A stretch of 64,000 nt of DNA from NCBI GenBank assembly GCA_045578305.1, contig JAZNKA010000051.1, positions 11,308-75,307 on the forward strand, read 5' to 3'. Below, piece by piece: positions 48,722-56,041 of this stretch. This DNA comes from Clostridia bacterium (GTDB lineage: Bacteria > Bacillota > Clostridia > Monoglobales > Monoglobaceae). How positions within the stretch are numbered: position 1 is the stretch's first letter; every line of letters begins with the position of its first letter. Under the pieces are notes generated by a model that saw only the letters and a list, made by a program, of their open reading frames with translations, did not search any database and was not told the DNA's origin. Both the position numbers and the translations under genes were made by a program.

Positions 48722-49621
48722 ATGAAAACGGAAAAAAATATTTTAATTGCATTTTTTCTTAATTTAGCATTTTCGGTTTTTGAATTTGTTGGCGGAATTT
48801 TCACAGGGAGTGTAGCAATCATTTCTGATGCACTGCATGACATAGGTGATGCGACAAGTATAGGGATATCGTATTTTCTGGAGAAAAAGAGCAAGAAAAA
48901 GCCTGACGAAAAATATACTTACGGATATACAAGGTATTCTGTCATCGGTGCGTTTGTTACTACATTGATATTGCTTTTGGGCTCAATTGTCGTTATTTAC
49001 AATGCGATAAACAGAATTATTCATCCTGAAGCAATCAATTATGAGGGAATGATAGTTTTTGCGGCCATTGGTGTATGTGTCAATTTTGCGGCGGCATTTA
49101 TCACTCGAGAGGGGGACTCGCTCAACCAAAAGGCGGTAAACCTTCATATGCTTGAGGATGTGTTTGGATGGATTGTAGTGTTGGTCGGCGCGGTTGTTAT
49201 GAAGTTCACCGATTTTGGCATTATTGACCCGATTATGTCCATCGGCGTTGCGGTGTTTATCTTCATCAATGCTGTCGGAAACTTAAAAGAAATTTTTGAA
49301 CTTTTCCTTGAAAAAACGCCTTGCAGTATAGAGGTTGAAGAAATAAAGAAGCATATTTTAGGCATCGAAGAAGTAATCGGAGTCCACCATATCCATATAT
49401 GGAGCCTTGACGGTGAGAGCAATTATGCTACAATGCATATAGTGACAAATGGTGATTCGCATGAGGTAAAAGAAAAAGTCCGTGCCGAGCTGAAAGAGCA
49501 TGGCATTTGCCATGCGACGCTTGAACTTGAGACAGAGGGTGAACATTGCCACGAAGAATGTTGTCGGGTGGGCGAGGCTTCTTTTTCTGGACATCATCAC
49601 CATCACCACCATCATCATTAA
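48722..49621 (+). CDS. Cation diffusion facilitator transporter (CzcD/ZitB type) with a natural C-terminal His9 tail
   Basis: TM2 HDIGD and TM5 HMLEDVFGW metal-site motifs. Ends ...HEECCRVGEASFSGHHHHHHHHH. Confidence 0.92.
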   Translation: MKTEKNILIAFFLNLAFSVFEFVGGIFTGSVAIISDALHDIGDATSIGISYFLEKKSKKKPDEKYTYGYTRYSVIGAFVTTLILLLGSIVVIYNAINRIIHPEAINYEGMIVFAAIGVCVNFAAAFITREGDSLNQKAVNLHMLEDVFGWIVVLVGAVVMKFTDFGIIDPIMSIGVAVFIFINAVGNLKEIFELFLEKTPCSIEVEEIKKHILGIEEVIGVHHIHIWSLDGESNYATMHIVTNGDSHEVKEKVRAELKEHGICHATLELETEGEHCHEECCRVGEASFSGHHHHHHHHH

Positions 49622-49656
49622 GGCGTGCCGCAAAAGAAAAGGATTGATATTCAGGG

Positions 49657-50400
49657 ATGAAAAAGAGGATATACAAAATTTTTGAGTTTTTGAAAAACAT
49701 TTTGTTTCCGCCAAAGTGTGTATTTTGCGAAAGAATACTCGAGCCAAACCAAGACGTCAGAGTTTGCGGTGATTGCAGTAGAGAGATAGAGTTTTGCTCG
49801 GAATTGGTTTGTTGTGAAAAGTGCGGAAAACCCATAGTGGGATTTGGCGAAAAAAAGATTTGTTACTTTTGCCTGAACCACAGTCCAAAGTATTTTGACA
49901 GGATAGTTTCGGCATTTGTTTATGATGGAATTGTCAAAAAAGCTGTTGTAAGATATAAGACAAAGGGACTTTCGGGACATTGCGAGGTGTTTTCGACTTG
50001 TCTTGCGGCGAGAATTTTTGAAGAATATCCAAAATTCAAATTTGACTTTTTGTGCGGAGTTTTGCCACACAACAAAAATACCGATTTTGACCAGGTGCAG
50101 CTTTTGTGCAAAAAGCTTTCTTCAAAACTGGATTTGCCGTATAGGGATGATTTGTTTGCAAGAACCCGAAAAACTTCAAAACAGAGTGGGCTTAATTTTA
50201 AAAAACGTCTTGAAAATGTAAAGGGAAGCATTGAGGTAAAGGAATGGAAGAAAGTCGAGGGCAAAACAATACTCTTGATTGATGATGTCTGTACCACACG
50301 TGCAACAATTATTGAATACTCGCGTGCACTTAAAAAGGCAGGAGCAAAACGTGTATATGCGGCAACGGTTGCAACTACTGTAAAAAACAATAAAAGTTAA
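49657..50400 (+). CDS. comFC: ComF family protein (ComFC, phosphoribosyltransferase-like)
   Basis: N-terminal Cys4 pairs (CVFC...CGDC, CEKCG...CYFC) and PRT motif ILLIDDVCTTRAT. Confidence 0.88.
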   Translation: MKKRIYKIFEFLKNILFPPKCVFCERILEPNQDVRVCGDCSREIEFCSELVCCEKCGKPIVGFGEKKICYFCLNHSPKYFDRIVSAFVYDGIVKKAVVRYKTKGLSGHCEVFSTCLAARIFEEYPKFKFDFLCGVLPHNKNTDFDQVQLLCKKLSSKLDLPYRDDLFARTRKTSKQSGLNFKKRLENVKGSIEVKEWKKVEGKTILLIDDVCTTRATIIEYSRALKKAGAKRVYAATVATTVKNNKS

Positions 50401-50633
50401 AAATATAATTATAAATATTATTCCCTTGTTAATTTGGGTTATATATTTCAAATTAACCTCTGTGTCCGAAAAGATATATTTTCTTATGCCTGTTGAAGTT
50501 ATAACTGCTTCTTTGATTATAATTGCGATTTGTATTATTACTCGCTTGGTTATACACAAGTTAAGAAATTAAAATACAGTCATCTAGATCGTTTACTGAT
50601 TCTATGCGACTTTTTGAAAGGCGGTTAAATAGT

Positions 50634-51431
50634 GTGAAGAAATGTCGAATAACTGTAGTGAGAATGGCGCGTTATGACGATTTGATAGAAAAATACGAAA
50701 ATCCAATAGAAAATGCCTGTAATTTGAAAGAAGGCCAGGTCTTTGTTGCAAACGGATGGGAAAAGCCCGAGGGATTGTGTAACAGTGCGTGGGAAAGTAT
50801 GTCCTCTTTTGTGATGGCGTTGTCCCATGGAGGCGAAAACTTGTACGATGGCTGGATGAAAAATAAAAAGTCTGCAATGATTTCGTGTAATGATGGATTC
50901 AGACCGGTAAGCTTCTACATTGAGGCGCTTGATGAAGAGTCTGGCGCAGATAGTTTTAAAATCAGGGAAATGGCACCCGAAGATAATGCCGCGGTTGCTG
51001 AACTTGTCAGGACAAACCTAAAAAAGCATAATCTTGACATTCCCGGAACGGTGTATTTTGATTCTTCCCTGGATAACCTTTGCGAATTTTATTCCGACAA
51101 CAAAAAACGAGGATATTATGTGCTTACGGACAAGAGTGAGCGAATTGTAGGTGGAATTGGTCTTGCGGAATTTGCTCATTTTGAAGATTGTGCCGAGCTT
51201 CAGAAATTATATTTGGACGATTCGGTAAAGGGCTTGGGTCTTGGATACAGACTTATAAAGTTTGTAGAAGACAAAATGATGGAAAAAGGTTATAAGGCGT
51301 CATATCTTGAGACTCACGACAATCTTAAAGCTGCGATTCATATTTATGAAAAAAGCGGATATTCAAAAATAGAGCGTCCAGGTGAAGTTGTTCATGGAGC
51401 AATGACAGATTTCTTTTATAAAAAACTTTAA
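50634..51431 (+). CDS. Fusion of a TIGR04076-like small Cys-containing domain with a GNAT N-acetyltransferase domain
   Basis: N-terminal part KKCRITVV...CNLKEGQVF...PEGLCNSAWESMSSFVMALSHGG...ISCNDGFRPVSF. C-terminal part has the GNAT core (VGGIGLAEF...LQKLYLDDSVKGLGLGYRLI...YEKSGY). Start is GTG 50634 or ATG 50604. Confidence 0.7.
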   Translation: MKKCRITVVRMARYDDLIEKYENPIENACNLKEGQVFVANGWEKPEGLCNSAWESMSSFVMALSHGGENLYDGWMKNKKSAMISCNDGFRPVSFYIEALDEESGADSFKIREMAPEDNAAVAELVRTNLKKHNLDIPGTVYFDSSLDNLCEFYSDNKKRGYYVLTDKSERIVGGIGLAEFAHFEDCAELQKLYLDDSVKGLGLGYRLIKFVEDKMMEKGYKASYLETHDNLKAAIHIYEKSGYSKIERPGEVVHGAMTDFFYKKL

Positions 51432-51451
51432 TGTAACAAGAGGATAAAAAT

Positions 51452-52852
51452 ATGATTGAAAAAATTGTAGGAAATATAAACAATGCACTTTATACATATG
51501 TACTTATAATTATGCTGATAGGCTGTGGGCTATATTTCACTTTTAGAATGAAGTTTGTTCAGTTCAGACTTTTGGGACAGCAGATTAAAGCGGTGACGGA
51601 CAAGCCAAAGGATGGCAAAGGGGTTTCGTCTTTTCAGGCCTTGATGGTTTCTACTGCGTCGCGTGTGGGGACAGGAAATATCATAGGGGTCTCGACAGCA
51701 ATTTGCCTTGGTGGTTTTGGTTCGGTCTTTTGGATGTGGATTGTTGCCATAATCGGTGGCGCTTCTGCTTTTGTTGAAAGCACGCTTGCCCAGATTTACA
51801 AGAGAAAGGGCCCTGACGGATGGTATGGTGGACCCGCATATTACATAGAAACGGCTTTTAAGTCAAGATGGATTGCGATATTATTTTCGGTATTCCTTAT
51901 CCTGACATACGGATTTGGATTTAATATGCTTGCGTCATACAACCTGCAGTCCACTTTTTCTCCATACGGATTTTATGACCCCAAGTACAGTCCGTGGATT
52001 ATAGGCTTTGTTCTGGCGGCGTTGGTGGGTTACTGCCTTTTTGGCGGCGGAAAGCGAATAGCCAAAGTAAGCAGCTTTTTGGTGCCTGTTATGGGCGTTA
52101 TTTACATAGCTGTAGCAATTTTTATTATGATTTTGAATGTATCGTCATTGCCGTATGTTTTCACAAGAATTTTTACCGAAGCCTTTGATTTGAAAGCTGT
52201 ATTCGGCGGATTTAGCGGCTCTTGTGTTATGTATGGTATAAAAAGAGGCCTTTTCAGCAACGAGGCAGGTGTGGGCTCGGCACCAAATGCTTCGGCATCG
52301 GCAGAGGTTTCGCATCCTGCAAAGCAGGGACTTGTACAGATTTTATCGGTATTTCTGGATACCCTTCTGGTTTGCTCGGCAACTGCATTTATGTGTATGT
52401 GCTCTGGTGTGGAGCCAACAAAAGAGCTTTCGGGAGCGCCGTATGTTCAGTTGACGTTAAAATCGGTTTTAGGAGACTTCGGCCCGATTTTTATCACAGT
52501 TGCAATGGTTCTTTTTGCTTTTACGACGCTTTTAGGAAACCTTTATTATGTTGACCAGAGCCTTTTCTTTATGCTGAAGAAAAAACCCGGTAAGCTTGGA
52601 ATGTGCACATATTACATTATAGCATCGCTTATTATTTTTGTTGGGGCGGGGCTTAGCGCAGATTTGCTTTGGAGCATTGCGGATATAACTATGGGGGTTA
52701 TGGCACTTATAAATATCCCTGTGATAATGATTTTGGGCAAATACGCATTCAGGGCACTTAAGGACTACGAAAGAAAAATCAGCACCGGTGAAGACCTTAA
52801 TTTCAGAGCAAAAGATATTGATTTGCCACACGAAGTAGATGCTTGGAAGTAG
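51452..52852 (+). CDS. Alanine/glycine:cation symporter (AGCS family)
   Basis: GVSSFQALMVSTASRVGTGNIIGV and GLFSNEAGVGSAPNA motifs. About 11 TM helices. Confidence 0.92.
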   Translation: MIEKIVGNINNALYTYVLIIMLIGCGLYFTFRMKFVQFRLLGQQIKAVTDKPKDGKGVSSFQALMVSTASRVGTGNIIGVSTAICLGGFGSVFWMWIVAIIGGASAFVESTLAQIYKRKGPDGWYGGPAYYIETAFKSRWIAILFSVFLILTYGFGFNMLASYNLQSTFSPYGFYDPKYSPWIIGFVLAALVGYCLFGGGKRIAKVSSFLVPVMGVIYIAVAIFIMILNVSSLPYVFTRIFTEAFDLKAVFGGFSGSCVMYGIKRGLFSNEAGVGSAPNASASAEVSHPAKQGLVQILSVFLDTLLVCSATAFMCMCSGVEPTKELSGAPYVQLTLKSVLGDFGPIFITVAMVLFAFTTLLGNLYYVDQSLFFMLKKKPGKLGMCTYYIIASLIIFVGAGLSADLLWSIADITMGVMALINIPVIMILGKYAFRALKDYERKISTGEDLNFRAKDIDLPHEVDAWK

Positions 52853-52884
52853 CTTGAGAATTTGACAACCAAAGGAGAAATATT

Positions 52885-53748
52885 ATGAAAAATGCTTATG
52901 GGCTTGCAGGGATATCCGTGCTTTTGTGGTCTACAACGGCGACAATTACAAAATTGTTGCTTGGAGGACTTGACAGTATGCAAATTATGCTGGTTAGTTC
53001 GGCGGTTTCGTTTGTGTTTTTGCTGATTTTGAATCTGGTAAAAGGAACATTGGGAGAACTGAAGACTTACAAAATTAAAGAACATATACATATATTTGGA
53101 ATAGGGAGTTTGGGAATATTTTTGTATCATCTGCTTTTGTATGTGGGAATTGACAAAATGGAGGCATCTCAGGCGTTTATAATAAACTACCTATGGCCGA
53201 TGATGGCGGTGGTGTTTGCCTGCATAATTTTGAAGGAAAAGATGACATTCAGAAAAATTATTGCTGTTTTGCTTTCGTTTTTGGGAGTGGTTATTGTTAC
53301 TTCCAACGGCAATTTGCTTGGCATTGGGAGGGAACGTCTGCTGGGGGCGTTTTACTGCGTTTTGGCTGCAGTTTCTTACGGACTTTTTACAGTGCTTAAC
53401 AAGCAGAAGAGTTATAACAAGTATCTGAGTATGATGATGTATTACTTTTATTCATTCGTAATATCGCTGATATATGTACTTTTTGAAAAAGACGGCTTCT
53501 GTCTTTCCTTTGCACAAGGCTTGGGGATGCTGTGGAACGGAATATTTGCAACGGCAATACCTTTTACCACATGGGCGCTTGCCTTGGAAAAGGGCGATAC
53601 CGCAAGGGTCTCGAACCTGGCGTACATAACGCCGTTTTTGTCATTGGTTTGGACATTTTTGATACTTGGCGAAGAATTGAGTGTTTATTCTTTGCTTGGA
53701 CTTATAGTAATTTTGTTGGGAATATTTATTCAGCTTAAGAGAAAATAA
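52885..53748 (+). CDS. DMT superfamily (EamA-type) transporter
   Basis: Ten TM helices in a 5+5 repeat, typical EamA length. SD AAAGGAG. Confidence 0.85.
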   Translation: MKNAYGLAGISVLLWSTTATITKLLLGGLDSMQIMLVSSAVSFVFLLILNLVKGTLGELKTYKIKEHIHIFGIGSLGIFLYHLLLYVGIDKMEASQAFIINYLWPMMAVVFACIILKEKMTFRKIIAVLLSFLGVVIVTSNGNLLGIGRERLLGAFYCVLAAVSYGLFTVLNKQKSYNKYLSMMMYYFYSFVISLIYVLFEKDGFCLSFAQGLGMLWNGIFATAIPFTTWALALEKGDTARVSNLAYITPFLSLVWTFLILGEELSVYSLLGLIVILLGIFIQLKRK

Positions 53749-53771
53749 CTGGACCGATATCGATTGCTTTT

Positions 53772-53799
53772 AAAATCCTGCCGGCAGGCAGGATTTTTT
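53772..53799 (+). terminator. Intrinsic terminator
   Basis: ATCCTGCC-ggca-GGCAGGAT followed by T6. Confidence 0.85.
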
Positions 53800-53929
53800 G
53801 CATTACAAAGAAAGTATTATTTTGAGGAAATACTGTATTTAATATAACTATATTCCATTGACTTATTAAAATGCTTGGATTAAAATAAGTTTAAGAATAA
53901 CTATTTTTAGTGAATTTTAACAAGGAGCT

Positions 53930-54259
53930 TTGATGATGGAATATTTGTTGGGCCTTGATGTGGGGACTTCGTCGGTAAAAGCGGTGCTTATGGATTGTGA
54001 CGGAGCGATAAAGAGTGTAAAAACAAAAAAGCATACATATTATTTCGAAAATGATATGAAGCTTATGGACGCAGAGCTTTTTTGCGACAACTGTTTTTCT
54101 GCAATAAACGAAATCGCAAAAGAATTGGGAGATGATGACAAAGTTGCTGCCCTTTGCGTATCGGGTGCAGGCGGCAACCTTATGCTTGTAAGACTGAATG
54201 AATGGGCGCAATTTGTATGTGTCACATACCTCGTGACGAGCGCCTTAAGGACCCTGTAA
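53930..54259 (+). pseudogene. 5' fragment (about 90 codons) of an FGGY-family carbohydrate kinase gene
   Basis: MMEYLLGLDVGTSSVKAVLMD...AALCVSGAGGNLMLV is a typical FGGY N-terminus, whereas full-length kinases are about 500 aa. The reading frame runs into unrelated sequence and stops at 54259. Confidence 0.6.
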
Positions 54260-54762
54260 ATATTCATCAGATTCTCGAAATAAGAAAAGAATTCCCCAAA
54301 CTCCGCTTTATAGTGGCACATATCGGTCGCGCATATACAAAAGAGGATATCGGCAATGCTTTTGACCTCTTGGCAGAAGCACCCGATACAATGTATGATT
54401 TTGCCGCAAATTGCTGCGAATATGCAATCACAGAGGTTATCAAGCATTTTGGACCCAAACATCTTATGTTTGGCACCGATATGCCAATTTTGCGTATGCG
54501 CACACATCGGATTGAGGAAAACGGTTCATATGTAAATCTTGTGCCCCCGGGAATGTATCCTGACCCGTACGGTGATCCGCATCTGAGGGAAGTGTCCGAA
54601 GAAGAGGCGAAAAATATTACATTCTTTGCCTATGAAGAGCTTCTGGCATTCAAACGCGCCGCAGAGACATTGGGACTCAGCAAGCAGGATGTCGAAGACA
54701 TAATGTATAACAATGCGATGAATCTTATTGAGGGTGCAAGAAAAGATATCTATAGTGAGTAG
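54202..54762 (+). pseudogene. 3' fragment (186 codons) of an amidohydrolase-2-type TIM-barrel hydrolase gene
   Basis: RFIVAHIGRAY...LMFGTDMPILR resembles the C-terminal two-thirds of the family. There is an in-frame TGA immediately upstream (54199), no SD, and the N-terminal metal-binding HxH part is missing. Confidence 0.5.
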
Positions 54763-54776
54763 ATTCTATTTATACG

Positions 54777-54809
54777 AAAAAGTGCTGTGACGAGAGTCAC
54801 AGCACTTTT
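54777..54809. terminator. Bidirectional intrinsic terminator (CTGTGAC-core palindrome)
   Basis: AAAAGTGCTGTGAC-gaga-GTCACAGCACTTTT. Confidence 0.85.
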
Positions 54810-55308
54810 AAATTGACGATTTGAAAATTGCAATATCCGGTGGAAAGATTGTAAAAATAATAAAGCTGACAAAAACCGCCACTATCCAAAAATTCAGCAG
54901 CTTTTTGTGTGGAGCTGCACTGCATGATGTCGTAGCCTTGTAAATGATGTAAAATGCGATTGCCGTACTGATATAAAATATGGATATATCAATTATCTGA
55001 ATGTTGAAACCAAGTATTCCGGAATATGTGTAAAAAAGTATGGGAATTAAAAATGTTCCCACAAGGGTGCCCAAAGCTGCGGCAGACTCAAGGCAGGGAT
55101 ATACATCAGACAGCTTTTTGGAGTAAACCAGGAATATAAGCATAGGGAAGAAGAAAAGCTTCATATGCTCCCAGGTTGATTCGTTTACAGGGACAAAAAG
55201 ACCGGCAATGGGATTCTCGCCAAGCCAATTATATATAAAATGAAAAACTGTGCCCAAAAAGGCGACCAAAATTGCGCCCCAGCGAATATAGTTTTTCAGT
55301 TCTTTCAT
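54808..55308 (-). CDS. Small polytopic membrane protein of unknown function (DUF6512-like)
   Basis: Five hydrophobic helices and an ESTWEHMKLFFFP motif. SD GGTGAT. Confidence 0.65.
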   Translation of the reverse strand: MKELKNYIRWGAILVAFLGTVFHFIYNWLGENPIAGLFVPVNESTWEHMKLFFFPMLIFLVYSKKLSDVYPCLESAAALGTLVGTFLIPILFYTYSGILGFNIQIIDISIFYISTAIAFYIIYKATTSCSAAPHKKLLNFWIVAVFVSFIIFTIFPPDIAIFKSSI

Positions 55309-55494
55309 AAAACATCACCAAAAGAATAATATGCAAAAGTTTTGCTGAGTATTCGTTTTCGAAAAAGGCAAAAAAATAAGGACGCCAGACCGCGCCCATA
55401 TTTTCAGTATAACACAAAGTATCTGTATTTGTAAACAAAAATATACACCAAAACCATATTTTCTCTTATTTAGACAAAAACAAGGCTTTATCTT

Positions 55495-55509
55495 TTGACA
55501 ATATGTCAA
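55495..55509. promoter_or_regulatory. Perfect 15-bp palindrome abutting the -35 of the orphan promoter; candidate operator
   Basis: TTGACA-ata-TGTCAA. Confidence 0.35.
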
Positions 55510-55538
55510 TTGAAAATGGCAAAAGAGTGTGTTATATT
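55510..55538 (+). promoter_or_regulatory. Sigma-A-type promoter with extended -10, driving the orphan non-coding unit
   Basis: TTGAAA, 17 nt spacer, (TGt)TATATT. Confidence 0.5.
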
Positions 55539-55544
55539 ATAGGT

Positions 55545-55941
55545 GAGCTAAAGGAAAGGCAGGTACAGACCAATGAAAATCTGACAGTGGCTTTTTTGAA
55601 GAAGAGGTATTAAGACGACAAAAAGACCGGGTCAAACAAAAAAGTGGGAGAGTTTGTATATATAAAAAAAGTCGATGAAAGCTGAGAAGAAAATCGTTTG
55701 ACAAAATTGACCATCTTCATCAAAAAGTCAGGAAGGCTCATCTTTTGCAGGATAACGCAGCTCAGACATCAGGTGTTCTCGCTTAGAGAAAAAGAAGAAA
55801 GTGTGTGTGTCGAAGTGAGTGCAGGGAGAATGCAAAAGGTAGATTAAGAAATGGAGGTTAACCATATGACTGACTTCAAGAGTGAACAGTAGCGGCTCTT
55901 AATTGCAAAGAAAAACGCAATTAAGAGCCGCTACTTTTTTT
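55545..55941 (+). ncRNA. Candidate unclassified transcript of about 400 nt (purine-rich, no long ORF), bounded by a promoter and a very strong terminator
   Basis: No ORF of 60 codons or more on either strand in 55510-56041. Has a promoter-like element at the 5' end and an 18-19 bp terminator at the 3' end. I recognise no match to a known RNA family. Confidence 0.3.
55888..55941 (+). terminator. Very strong intrinsic terminator
   Basis: AGTAGCGGCTCTTAATTGC-aaagaaaaac-GCAATTAAGAGCCGCTACT followed by T7. Confidence 0.9.
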
Positions 55942-55947
55942 GTTTTG

Positions 55948-55976
55948 TTTACAAAAGAGCAGGAATGTGGTAGAAT
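55948..55976 (+). promoter_or_regulatory. Promoter of the alcohol dehydrogenase gene (extended -10)
   Basis: TTTACA, 17 nt spacer, (TGg)TAGAAT. Confidence 0.5.
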
Positions 55977-56041
55977 GATTTTTGGTACTGACTTGACAAA
56001 ATCATAAAATAAACACATAAAATTTAAAAGGAGATATAAAA

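Noticed and set aside
50401-50603. raiA-motif RNA, which is often found downstream of comFC in Firmicutes
   Set aside because: The region is very AT-rich, has only one simple hairpin, and is too short and unstructured for that GC-rich motif of about 200 nt. No hpf/raiA gene follows.
55545-55941. Known housekeeping RNAs (RNase P RNA, tmRNA, 6S, SRP RNA) or a riboswitch for the orphan non-coding unit
   Set aside because: No GAGGAAAGUCC-type P4 motif, no tRNA-like ends or tag ORF, no long closing helix with a central bubble, and no SRP domain IV motif. I also found none of the riboswitch cores I can recall. It remains unclassified rather than assigned.
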